Positions 14,390 through 23,079 of a stretch of DNA of 24,516 nucleotides are shown here, piece by piece. Origin of the DNA: a virus. Taxonomy: Duplodnaviria; Caudoviricetes. A model generated the notes under the pieces. The model did not search any database. It was not told the DNA's origin and was given only the letters and a program-made list of their open reading frames with translations. A program made the translations under genes and the position numbers. The stretch is from positions 1 to 24,516 of IMG/VR virus record IMGVR_UViG_3300020045_003201; one strand, written 5' to 3'. Each line of letters starts with the position of its first letter. Position 1 is the stretch's first letter.

Positions 14390-14895
14390 ATTTCGTTTGT
14401 TCTAATTAATATATTTGGGTCGCCATTATTTATTATTATGTTTGGATCACCATTATTTAAAACCGTAGTTCCTAAAGAAGTTACTAAAGGCTCTCCAAAT
14501 CCTGTCATTGAACCTGTAAAAGATATAAACTCACCTACTGGATTACTATCTGATAAACTTGTTATATGACATTTTCCGTAATCTACTATTGGATAAATAG
14601 CACCTTGAATCTTCCAATCTAACAGTATTTTATTCCTTTTGAGTAGCTTCAATTTATCATAACTAGCGACTGTAAAATTACCGTTATTCATTGTGGTATT
14701 TATTTCTAATCCTTCAAACGCTATTTCGTAAGATTGGACTAAAGGTTTTGCAGTAGCCCAGCCTTTGTTGTCTCTAGTTATAGTGTCCATCATTTCTACG
14801 GACTCATTAAAAGAATTGTTAGTTAAGCAACCAACAGGAAGCCAACCCCCATTTACTTTTACGTATAAAATCCTGTCCTCTCCTAAGTATTTCAT
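14386..14895 (-). CDS. Tail-tube-like protein (paralog of major tail protein)
   Basis: GEDRILYV..PVGCLTNNS..SYDKL..ITSL..GEFISF aligns with GEGLILYV..PVACLTSNS..SHDYL..ITSL..DEFATF of 19696..20139. Confidence 0.75.
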   Translation of the reverse strand: MKYLGEDRILYVKVNGGWLPVGCLTNNSFNESVEMMDTITRDNKGWATAKPLVQSYEIAFEGLEINTTMNNGNFTVASYDKLKLLKRNKILLDWKIQGAIYPIVDYGKCHITSLSDSNPVGEFISFTGSMTGFGEPLVTSLGTTVLNNGDPNIIINNGDPNILIRTNEI

Positions 14896-14914
14896 ATCAC
14901 AAATATAATAAATT

Positions 14915-17167
14915 TTATCCTTTAATTGTAGGTTTAACTACATTCCCGTAATCAAAAGTGAATTTATAAATTAAATCTGTTATTTCAGCACAAAACAACT
15001 CTAAAAGTTTAATATCAGAAATATTAGTCATAGTGTCATATCTATACTCGATAAACATAAATTTACCGTTTATATTATTTATATCAATTACTGACAAATA
15101 AGGTAATTGACCATAAATAGATCCTTTAAATATTTGTTGTGGTTTTTGCGATATCCTAAGCTCTTCCTCTGCTGCTATTCTTAATATTGGAAAAGACTCA
15201 AAACGTCCTTTCCTATTCCATAGCGTTGTTGGTGTTACTTGATCTTCTTTAAAAATAGCGCCTAAATAAATTACTCCTGCATTATCACCATTATAAATTG
15301 TTTTCACTTCTTTAACATTAGAACTTACTTTTGTTGACCTTTCTACTGTGTGAAACTCACCTACAACGGTATTATTTGCGCCTCCATTAGTAGGGAAAAA
15401 ATCTAACTCGGTAATTGTGGTAAGTCCACCATTAGTAAACCAAGGCACGCTATTTATTATTGATATAGTTAAATTTCCGCTAACAGGAATTTTAGGTATA
15501 GACACGTCAAAAGTACTAGCCCCAAAAATACTTAACGTGTAAAAATCACTTGAACTAGTTGTCCAAACAGCTAATTCAGCAGCGTCTGAAATAGGACTTT
15601 CGTTGTTTTTAGGCGAATACTTTAAATAATAAATACCTACTTGTATTTTTAGTTTTAAAAATTTTCCGCTTTCTACTCCGTCGCCTTTGGTTGCTGTATA
15701 TGACATTTTTAACGATAGTAAATCATCTAGCTCAACGGATATAGGATCGCTTTGAACTGCCGGAGCTGTAACGCCTGAATTACCGTCTTTAAAAATAAAT
15801 CCATTTGTATTCGTTGGATCGTTTACCAGGTAAAAATCGTCTAAAACAGTCCATCCGTCATAATTTAATAGCCCATCATGTTTTAATGTAGGATTAGGTA
15901 AAATTCCACTAACAAACCCATATTTATAATTTATTCTAAACTTTGAAATACTTCCTTTAATTTGTATGTTTTGATTCCCTCCGCAATGATGAGGATAAAA
16001 ATTATCAATTTGACTTCCTAATGATTTTTGTAATTTTTTAGTCTTTAACCCTACATATAGATTATCTATATTATATGATTTAAACACAACAATTGAATTA
16101 TTATAAATTTCATTAGGTTTATAAATGTACCATTGTCCATCCTCTTGAGTAATACAGGAGCAAAACAAATCTAAAACTGATTTTAACACTTCTTCACATG
16201 ACATTATAGTATCATCGTCAATCCTTTGAAATCTATTAGCGTTCATGTATATTTTAGCCAATATATCAGTTGAATCGTCAATAGTCAACCCATCGTAAAA
16301 AGTGTTTATAGATACGTTTATAGGCATTTTAGTGCCTGTTCTTAAAAGACAATTATACACAATGTCAATGCCTTTCATTTTTCCTTTAAATGGAAATCCA
16401 AAAGGATCTATAAAAGACAAATTTGACAAAGAACCTAGCCCGTCAACGCAATCTAAAGTAATTACCCATGAATCACGCGTAAAAGATTGATATAAACCCT
16501 CTGGATTAACATATCCTAAGAATATTAAAACATTATTTTTATATATTTTTACGCTTAAATCTTGTTCGTTTTCGGTGTATAAATCTTCTAAGGTTAAATC
16601 TGTACTCGCTTCTAATTCTAATGTTGCTCCAGTCCCTCTAATTAACTCCAAATGGTCTTTAACAGTTCCTTTTTCAATTATTGCTTTCCCGTGTATTTCC
16701 GTTGGACTGCCTAAGAATTGTTTTTTGAAAATTCTAACTAAATATTCGTCGTTAACAATGTTTTTGTATTGTAAAAAGTACCTAAGATTTATGTTTTCGG
16801 TATCATCAGGTATAAAAGAAAATGTTGTAATGTTTGGATTTGAGCCAAAGAAATTAACGACTATCAAATCGTTTAAATTTATAGTCACTTCAATAGTTTC
16901 GCCAACAATAGAATAAACGACATTAGATTGCGAATACCTTGAAGCCATCCAGGCTAATGTATTTGAAATAGTACCCTCTAATGTTGGTTGTACTTCAATG
17001 TAAATATTAGGATCATAGCCTATAGTTCCGTAATCTACATATTGAACGTCAACAGTATTTAAGCCACTTGTGTAAACTATATTCAAACCATTTATTAGAA
17101 TATCATATTGAAATCCTATTCCTGATAACGGTATATCGTCAAACTGTATTACTATTTTTTTAGCCAT
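14915..17167 (-). CDS. Tail tip / hub protein
   Basis: 750 aa beta-rich protein immediately after the tape measure gene. Confidence 0.65.
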   Translation of the reverse strand: MAKKIVIQFDDIPLSGIGFQYDILINGLNIVYTSGLNTVDVQYVDYGTIGYDPNIYIEVQPTLEGTISNTLAWMASRYSQSNVVYSIVGETIEVTINLNDLIVVNFFGSNPNITTFSFIPDDTENINLRYFLQYKNIVNDEYLVRIFKKQFLGSPTEIHGKAIIEKGTVKDHLELIRGTGATLELEASTDLTLEDLYTENEQDLSVKIYKNNVLIFLGYVNPEGLYQSFTRDSWVITLDCVDGLGSLSNLSFIDPFGFPFKGKMKGIDIVYNCLLRTGTKMPINVSINTFYDGLTIDDSTDILAKIYMNANRFQRIDDDTIMSCEEVLKSVLDLFCSCITQEDGQWYIYKPNEIYNNSIVVFKSYNIDNLYVGLKTKKLQKSLGSQIDNFYPHHCGGNQNIQIKGSISKFRINYKYGFVSGILPNPTLKHDGLLNYDGWTVLDDFYLVNDPTNTNGFIFKDGNSGVTAPAVQSDPISVELDDLLSLKMSYTATKGDGVESGKFLKLKIQVGIYYLKYSPKNNESPISDAAELAVWTTSSSDFYTLSIFGASTFDVSIPKIPVSGNLTISIINSVPWFTNGGLTTITELDFFPTNGGANNTVVGEFHTVERSTKVSSNVKEVKTIYNGDNAGVIYLGAIFKEDQVTPTTLWNRKGRFESFPILRIAAEEELRISQKPQQIFKGSIYGQLPYLSVIDINNINGKFMFIEYRYDTMTNISDIKLLELFCAEITDLIYKFTFDYGNVVKPTIKG

Positions 17168-19027
17168 TTAATTACCTCCTAATCTTTTGTTTTTATCTAA
17201 GGTATTATTCAATACACCAACTAATTTGCTTCCTTCTATTTCAAAAACTACAGTACCACCTCCAAAGCTACCACCCCCACTACTTGAATAACTTGATGAT
17301 GACGCGGGACTAGAATAAGAACCTCCTGTATTTCCACTTACCGAGCTATTTTTACCGCTTGCTTTATTACCTATTGCAGCACCTGCGCCTTTTAAAGCAA
17401 CCCCCACGGCAATTGCAGCAGTCCCCGCAATAATACCAGCACCGGGAATCGCAATAGCTTTATCTAATACTCCTTTTGCTACTGCTAAAACACCGTATTT
17501 TATTAATAAGCCTCCCATTTCTGAAATAAACTGTCCTAAACTAGCTAATAAAGAATTACCCATAGCCTGGAAAACGTTTTTCCCACTCGCCAAAGCTTCG
17601 CCAATTGCCGTTCCTAAATTATTAAAAGTACTTGTCAGAGATCCTGTTATAATAGACTTAGCTTCTTCATTGAACCTGTATAAAGTTTCTAACATGTCAA
17701 TTGTAGCTGAATCAAAAGCAACTTTTATATTACCCATTGACGTAGTGATAACACCCTCAGCACCTTGAACATTTTTAGCTATTTGCACTACTTGACCAGA
17801 CAAATCAACCAATCCGCTAGAGTCAATTTCACTTTTTATTCCTATTACTTGAGGCGTAGAAAATGTTTTTTGTTTTTTACCTGCTTTAGGCGCTGCGGTT
17901 TCTAACTTTATTTGAGCAGCTGTATTTTCATTTATTTTTTTAGTGTACTTATCTTGTAAAGCTATGTTTTCTCTTAAATCAGCGCCTAAATCCTGTAAAG
18001 TAACAGAATATTGAATAGCTGCTAACGCTTGTTTTTCAGATGTACTTAAATTATTTGCATTTCCTTTGTCAAGTTCTGCTAATAAATCTATCTCACCTCT
18101 TAATTGTTTGTTTAAAACAGTGGCAAAATCTTTAGCAGCTTTTCCCTTTAATTGATAGAATTTAGCTGTCTGTGCAATAGAACTATTGATTTTTTCTTGT
18201 AAAACTTCTTCTTTTTCTGCTAACTCAACTATTTTGCCAACTGCCGCCGCCGCTTTTGCTTTTGCTATTAATGCGTCTGTAACTCCTTTTACTGCTGCGG
18301 CTACATTGCCGTTTAATATTTGTTCTTTTGTTAGATTTCCAAAATAAGCAGGATATTCATCTTGTAGTTTTTTAACAGCTATCAAACGATCAGACATTGA
18401 GAGATTAACATCTTTAGCTACTGAAACATAGGCATTCATTTTTGATATATCGCCTTGTGCATTTTTAGCAGCCTCAACATTTAAATCAGACATTGCCTTT
18501 GTAGTTCCATCAAAAGTCCCTGTTAATTTATTAAAAACATCGCCAACTGTAATTCCGTTTTGAGCCATATAAGTAAGCCCTGTAGTAACTAAAGAAACAG
18601 ATAATAATATACCTCCTGTCCCTAACATTGATGAGGCAACTGATTTTAAAGCAGCTCCAGCACTTCCCGTTTCTTTTACTAAATGTCCAAAACTTTCAGC
18701 AGTTGCAGTAATATTGTTTCCAATACCCATAATTCCAAAAGGAGCATCTTGAGCAATCCTAGAAAACTGCATAAGCGCATTTCCTCCGTTAGCAACTTTT
18801 GGAGCCATACCAGAAATAGCATTTCCAGTATCTTTTGAAACTGTTTTTAATTCAGTGAGTGATTTTTTTACCGAAGCTATATTTCCGTTAATCTCTTTTG
18901 TATCTAATCCAAGCTTTATCTGTTCTAATTTTATATTAGAAAGCTCTTTTAGATTTAATTCAGCCTCTTTTATTTTTTTATTTAAGTCCGAATTGTCAGC
19001 TCCGATTTGTATTTCAAGTCCTGCCAT
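17168..19027 (-). CDS. Tail tape measure protein
   Basis: 619 aa, Ala/Gly/Lys-rich helical, IAQDAPFG motif, hydrophobic stretches, C-terminal VVFEIEGSKLVGVL; follows the chaperone genes. Confidence 0.85.
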   Translation of the reverse strand: MAGLEIQIGADNSDLNKKIKEAELNLKELSNIKLEQIKLGLDTKEINGNIASVKKSLTELKTVSKDTGNAISGMAPKVANGGNALMQFSRIAQDAPFGIMGIGNNITATAESFGHLVKETGSAGAALKSVASSMLGTGGILLSVSLVTTGLTYMAQNGITVGDVFNKLTGTFDGTTKAMSDLNVEAAKNAQGDISKMNAYVSVAKDVNLSMSDRLIAVKKLQDEYPAYFGNLTKEQILNGNVAAAVKGVTDALIAKAKAAAAVGKIVELAEKEEVLQEKINSSIAQTAKFYQLKGKAAKDFATVLNKQLRGEIDLLAELDKGNANNLSTSEKQALAAIQYSVTLQDLGADLRENIALQDKYTKKINENTAAQIKLETAAPKAGKKQKTFSTPQVIGIKSEIDSSGLVDLSGQVVQIAKNVQGAEGVITTSMGNIKVAFDSATIDMLETLYRFNEEAKSIITGSLTSTFNNLGTAIGEALASGKNVFQAMGNSLLASLGQFISEMGGLLIKYGVLAVAKGVLDKAIAIPGAGIIAGTAAIAVGVALKGAGAAIGNKASGKNSSVSGNTGGSYSSPASSSSYSSSGGGSFGGGTVVFEIEGSKLVGVLNNTLDKNKRLGGN

Positions 19028-19376
19028 TATCCTTTTTGTTTTAAGTAATCTTGCATAGCGTCTAAGAATCTTTGTTTTTGGCTTTCTGTAATCGTCATTC
19101 CTTGTTTTCGATCAATTCCTAAAGGCATAAACTGATTCAATGATTTAGGAAGTTTCTTTGGGTTCATATGACTTCCAGTTGTCGCACACCATCCAATAAA
19201 TCGAACTTTTTCCCATTCCCGTTCCTGCACTCTTTTATAAGCAAATAGGCGAATCTGAAACTCCGCAAAACTCATGTCGTAAACACGCTTCATTGTGGGT
19301 ATTCCAAGTTCGCCTATAGCAAATGAAATAACGTCTTTCTGAAAATCTACTTTTTCGCTTTCGTTACTTTTTTTTT
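19027..19376 (-). CDS. Tail assembly chaperone T segment (probably reached by -1 frameshift)
   Basis: The -1 frame is open from the A9 run (19376-19368) through VDFQKDVISFAIGELGIPTMKRVYDMSFAEF to the stop at 19027. Confidence 0.7.
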
Positions 19377-19694
19377 ATCTTCACTATCGTCTTGAGGAAC
19401 GTCTTTTGTCATGGCGATAATATAAGCATTAAACCAATCTTTAAAGAATTGACCTCCCATACCTCCGTTATCATCAATGTGTTCAAAAACATCATCTAAA
19501 GTAAAATCAGTAGGAAGCCCTAATCTTTTACAAGCGTATAAACGGGAATAGTAAATTAATTTAGGCATTAACAACTCGTCAGACTCAGCCGACAATTCGT
19601 TTAGTTGCTTTCCTGTTCCTGTTACTACTTCATTTAGGAATCCAAGCCCTAAATAATACCAAATGCCTAATATTTCTATTTTTGTTTTATTCAT
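19347..19694 (-). CDS. Tail assembly chaperone G
   Basis: Between major tail and tape measure genes; ATG at 19694 (MNKTKIE); ends DKKKVTKAKK on slippery A-runs. Confidence 0.75.
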   Translation of the reverse strand: MNKTKIEILGIWYYLGLGFLNEVVTGTGKQLNELSAESDELLMPKLIYYSRLYACKRLGLPTDFTLDDVFEHIDDNGGMGGQFFKDWFNAYIIAMTKDVPQDDSEDKKKVTKAKK

Positions 19695-19695
19695 A

Positions 19696-20139
19696 TTATG
19701 GTATAATTGGATCGGTTGTAACAATAGAACCAGAACCGTCAATAGTCAATGAAAATGTTGCAAACTCATCACCTGCTGGAGCTTCTAAACCTAATGAAGT
19801 GATAATACCAGTCCCAAAATAAGCTAATGAAGCACTTCCTGAGTCCATTTTCCAAGTAACAATATCTTTTGCTTGTTGAACTTCTAAAAGGTAATCATGA
19901 GAAGCTTTTGTATCATCGCCTCCAACACTTGTAGTGTCGATTGCGATAGCATCGGCTTGTAGTGTATACGAAAATATACCTGCTTGTTTTTCAACAACTC
20001 CAGGGGCGCATTTTGTCTGAGCCTCAATTATTCCCAATTCAGTATCTAATGAATTTGAAGTTAAACAAGCAACAGGACGGTACAAAGTGCCATCATGCAC
20101 ATAAAGGATAAGTCCTTCGCCTTTTATTTTATCTGCCAT
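19696..20139 (-). CDS. Major tail (tube) protein
   Basis: 147 aa acidic; YFGTGIITSLGLEAPAGDEFATFSLTIDGSG is typical of siphovirus tube proteins; canonical position. Confidence 0.85.
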   Translation of the reverse strand: MADKIKGEGLILYVHDGTLYRPVACLTSNSLDTELGIIEAQTKCAPGVVEKQAGIFSYTLQADAIAIDTTSVGGDDTKASHDYLLEVQQAKDIVTWKMDSGSASLAYFGTGIITSLGLEAPAGDEFATFSLTIDGSGSIVTTDPIIP

Positions 20140-20146
20140 TGTATTT

Positions 20147-20578
20147 TTATTTTAAAGTTAAATTTAGTCTTATAAAACTACGAAATATATTTTCAGTATC
20201 AGTTACTGTTTCTAATTGATTTTCATAAGTGATATTTTGCGTAACATTTGTAAATCCTGCAACAGTAATTTTAGGGTTTAATAATGTCATTACGGCACTT
20301 TCAATATCATTTAATAAAACTCTACTCCCATAATTTCCAGAACTTGATGTTTTGGTGTAGATTTCAATTAACATTGATGTTTCCCAATCATACTCGCACT
20401 TAGTGGATTTTAACACTTCTTTTGTTTGAGCTGTCAATAAGATATACTCGGTTAAATTAGCATTGCCAGTAACTCTACTATCAAAACATTTAATCGTTTT
20501 TGTATTAACAACAATATTGTTAGTTAAGTCAAAAACAGCTTTTCTAATATATTTATCTGGATTAACTGTTACTGCCAT
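20147..20578 (-). CDS. Tail terminator/completion protein
   Basis: Position between the gp10-like gene and major tail gene; ATG at 20578 preferred. Confidence 0.7.
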   Translation of the reverse strand: MAVTVNPDKYIRKAVFDLTNNIVVNTKTIKCFDSRVTGNANLTEYILLTAQTKEVLKSTKCEYDWETSMLIEIYTKTSSSGNYGSRVLLNDIESAVMTLLNPKITVAGFTNVTQNITYENQLETVTDTENIFRSFIRLNLTLK

Positions 20579-20600
20579 GTTGTAAAAGTACAAAAAATTA

Positions 20601-21113
20601 TTATATCTTTTTATTTAATTTCTTTAATGCGCTTTCAAGGTTTTTTAAATAATCTGCCTTACCTTTCTGATATGCTGGATATAAAAATGGTTGTGGATTT
20701 ACGCCAGCACCTAATATCTTTGCAAAAATAGGATAAGCAGCTTCTTCTGGTATTCCTTTTGCTCTGCACCATACTTTAATTGCCTCCAATCCTTGTTCAA
20801 ACGTCCCTTGTTTCTTGCTTTTAAATGAATTCGCCATATCCGCAAACTCAGCAGGGATTTTTACTTTTGTTCCTGTTCCAAACTCCATATAAGCTCCGTA
20901 TAATTCATTTACAGTTACTTTATATAATGCTGGCTTTACTTTTTCATTCGATATAGATTGAGCTAATTTACCAAAGTTTTTAGGAGCTAATTTCTTTGCA
21001 TCTCCTTCGATTTGATAGGCTATTGCTTGGGTTTCTGCGTTGATTGTTTTTTCGGCTTTTTCTCCAAACTTTCTTAATTCTGAAATAGTTGAATTTAAGT
21101 CTTTAATTTCCAT
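20601..21113 (-). CDS. HK97 gp10-like tail component
   Basis: AKKLAPKNFGKLAQSI, YGAYMEFGTG, PQPFLYPAY. Confidence 0.85.
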   Translation of the reverse strand: MEIKDLNSTISELRKFGEKAEKTINAETQAIAYQIEGDAKKLAPKNFGKLAQSISNEKVKPALYKVTVNELYGAYMEFGTGTKVKIPAEFADMANSFKSKKQGTFEQGLEAIKVWCRAKGIPEEAAYPIFAKILGAGVNPQPFLYPAYQKGKADYLKNLESALKKLNKKI

Positions 21114-21426
21114 TAGCTATGATATTTATTTCTCTAAATAGTTCATCATTGTAACGAATATCGTTTACTACACGGTTAACGCCTCGATATGTAATACTTA
21201 GATTATCTAAATCAGGTGTTAAAATAGAATTTGCACGAATATTAAAACTCCAATTATCTTTTATGTCACTTTTACCAATTGAATTATCACGAAAAGCACT
21301 ATTTTGCTTAACCTCCGCCCAAAACGAACCTAAAGAAACATTTGTAGCAACATTGCCGCCGTAACCATCTGGAGTATCAGTAGTTTTAAATATTTCTATT
21401 TTTCGGCTGTATTTTCTACTTAGCAT
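21103..21426 (-). CDS. Head closure / head-tail adaptor (SPP1 gp16-like)
   Basis: RKIEIF, DGYGG, FWAEV, FNIR motifs; 107 aa. Confidence 0.8.
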   Translation of the reverse strand: MLSRKYSRKIEIFKTTDTPDGYGGNVATNVSLGSFWAEVKQNSAFRDNSIGKSDIKDNWSFNIRANSILTPDLDNLSITYRGVNRVVNDIRYNDELFREINIIANGN

Positions 21427-21649
21427 CTATATTATTTTGGTTGTTTATTACGCTAACTAAATCACTTCCTTTTATTTCAAAAGTAACACTTGGCTTTTCT
21501 AAATTAACTTCAAACTCTAAAACACCTACAGTTATTTCGTCAATTCCTTGTGTTATAGTTGTACGTATTAAAGCAGGTAATTTAACACCTCTAAAATAAG
21601 CAAAATGAATCCCATTTTCGTTTCTGATTTCTATCTTTTCTTTGCCCAT
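21416..21649 (-). CDS. Hypothetical protein inside head-tail block
   Basis: 77 aa ORF overlapping both neighbours. Confidence 0.65.
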   Translation of the reverse strand: MGKEKIEIRNENGIHFAYFRGVKLPALIRTTITQGIDEITVGVLEFEVNLEKPSVTFEIKGSDLVSVINNQNNIDAK

Positions 21650-22095
21650 TACAAAAATCTTTTATTTAAATCTAAAGCCTCTTTTACGCTCTCTGGAATC
21701 AAAGTAGAATTAACTTGTTTTTCGCTTTCATAATACCAAACTTTAATCATTTGTAACATAGGTTGTATTAAATCATCTGGGACTGTATTTAAAGCATATC
21801 CTACGTTTAATTCAACAGTTTTAACGTCTGGATAGATAGTATATAACGAACGAACACAAGCCCAAGGAGCAGGATTTGTTACGATGCTATTTATTGGGTA
21901 ATCATAAACTTTTACTTGACAAGCTCCATTGTAAACCTTATCACGTGGAAAAAGAATGTGATTAGTAAGTTTTTCAACAAATAAACAAGAAGCATTAATC
22001 ATTGAAGTAATTAAAGCATCATCTTCAGTTAATGAAGCGTCAATCCTTAAATAGTTCTTTGCTGTAACTAATGGTATTACGGTTAAATAACTCAT
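21649..22095 (-). CDS. Head-tail connector (HK97 gp6-like)
   Basis: AKNYLRID..EDDALITSMINAS, VPDDL, WYY motifs. Confidence 0.85.
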   Translation of the reverse strand: MSYLTVIPLVTAKNYLRIDASLTEDDALITSMINASCLFVEKLTNHILFPRDKVYNGACQVKVYDYPINSIVTNPAPWACVRSLYTIYPDVKTVELNVGYALNTVPDDLIQPMLQMIKVWYYESEKQVNSTLIPESVKEALDLNKRFL

Positions 22096-22328
22096 TTTTT
22101 ACGTTTTTTATTCAATGATTTTATTTCTTTATCAGCTTGTTCTGGAGCTTTTCGTGTAACAATTCCTTTTGTACCATCTTGTGAATCTTTGAACGTATCT
22201 GATTCAATACGCCCTTCTTTCACTAATGCATAGGCTTGCTCATCTGACAACTCAATATCATCCCCTTTTTCGTAGTTCTTTTTATCAGACAACTTAAAAA
22301 ACGGTGTTAATACTTTATATTTTTTCAT
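22092..22328 (-). CDS. Small head-associated protein typical downstream of capsid genes
   Basis: YKVLTPF..YEKGDDIEL..A..LVKEGRIE with Lys-rich tail. Confidence 0.7.
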   Translation of the reverse strand: MKKYKVLTPFFKLSDKKNYEKGDDIELSDEQAYALVKEGRIESDTFKDSQDGTKGIVTRKAPEQADKEIKSLNKKRKK

Positions 22329-22347
22329 AGTATTTAGTTTTGATATT

Positions 22348-22355
22348 CAAAGATA
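22348..22355 (-). promoter_or_regulatory. -7 element possibly restarting head-tail transcription
   Basis: TATCTTTG on the minus strand 19 nt upstream of the ATG at 22328, divergent from the moron promoter. Confidence 0.45.
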
Positions 22356-22367
22356 GTAAAAAAATTG

Positions 22368-22398
22368 TTTGCGTATTTAAAAAATAGTTATACATTTG
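22368..22398 (+). promoter_or_regulatory. Consensus Bacteroidota sigma-A promoter of moron
   Basis: TTTG (22368-22371), 19 nt spacer, TACATTTG (22391-22398). Confidence 0.8.
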
Positions 22399-22400
22399 TC

Positions 22401-22483
22401 GTGTTAAGAAGTCGGAAGCTTAACATTGAAAACATTAATAAGACTCTTTAGAACTGCCGACTCAGTTTTATTGGGTCTTTTTT
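22401..22483 (+). ncRNA. Structured leader RNA, copy 3
   Basis: TGTTAAG-AAGTCGGAAG-CTTAACA hairpin; terminator-like AAGACTC..TAGAACTG-CCGACT-CAGTTTTA..GGGTCTT plus T-run. Loops AGTCGG and CCGACT are complementary. Confidence 0.7.
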
Positions 22484-22496
22484 AATTTATATAGTT

Positions 22497-22730
22497 ATGA
22501 AACAAACTTATCACTGTTCGTCTATTATTAGAGTAAAAAGATGGCAATTAGAGCTTAACCAAGAGAAAATAAGTAAAATACTCCATAGAAGATTAAATAA
22601 ATTAGTTTATCAAAATTACACTGTAGATTATTGCTTTAATTTTCATTTTGACATATATGAATATGATGCGGATAATATTATAAAAGATTTAATAACTGTT
22701 CGTTTAAAATGTGAAGTAATGATTAAATAA
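22497..22730 (+). CDS. Hypothetical protein (moron gene 1)
   Basis: 77 aa ATG ORF downstream of promoter and leader. Confidence 0.6.
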   Translation: MKQTYHCSSIIRVKRWQLELNQEKISKILHRRLNKLVYQNYTVDYCFNFHFDIYEYDADNIIKDLITVRLKCEVMIK

Positions 22731-22736
22731 ACAATC

Positions 22737-22940
22737 ATGGCAAAGTTTTTATTAGATATCCCAGAAATAACAAAAAGAGAAGTAGTAGATAATTTCCCAC
22801 TTCATAATGGTAGTAAATACGAAAAATTAACCATTTCACTAGAGTTTTTAAGTAGTGGAAATACAACTGTATATTCAGATTATGAAATACTAACGGCTAT
22901 AAGAATAGCGTTAAACGAACTAAAAGTAGAGAAATTATGA
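22737..22940 (+). CDS. Hypothetical protein (moron gene 2)
   Basis: 67 aa ATG ORF with A-rich leader. Confidence 0.65.
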   Translation: MAKFLLDIPEITKREVVDNFPLHNGSKYEKLTISLEFLSSGNTTVYSDYEILTAIRIALNELKVEKL

Positions 22941-23029
22941 AAGATAAAACTATTTGGTATTTCGGAATACTTATGTTTGTAATAGGTATTTTTATAGGAT
23001 TCAACATTAAACTTATTATTAGTTTGTAA
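22937..23029 (+). CDS. 30 aa single-TM peptide (moron gene 3, not in ORF track)
   Basis: MKDKTIWYFGILMFVIGIFIGFNIKLIISL*; ATGA overlap with gene 2. Confidence 0.55.
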   Translation: MKDKTIWYFGILMFVIGIFIGFNIKLIISL

Positions 23030-23031
23030 AC

Positions 23032-23061
23032 AAAAAAAGCCACTCATTACAAGTGGCTTTT
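23032..23061. terminator. Bidirectional intrinsic terminator between capsid gene and moron
   Basis: AAAAAAAGCCACT-CATTACA-AGTGGCTTTT between converging genes. Confidence 0.8.
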
Positions 23062-23079
23062 AATCTCCTTTCTGTTAAA

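Noticed and set aside
11312-19058. Plus-strand ORFs at 11312, 11603, 12005, 16302, 16575 and 18855
   Set aside because: Antisense shadows of long structural genes, mostly non-ATG starts.
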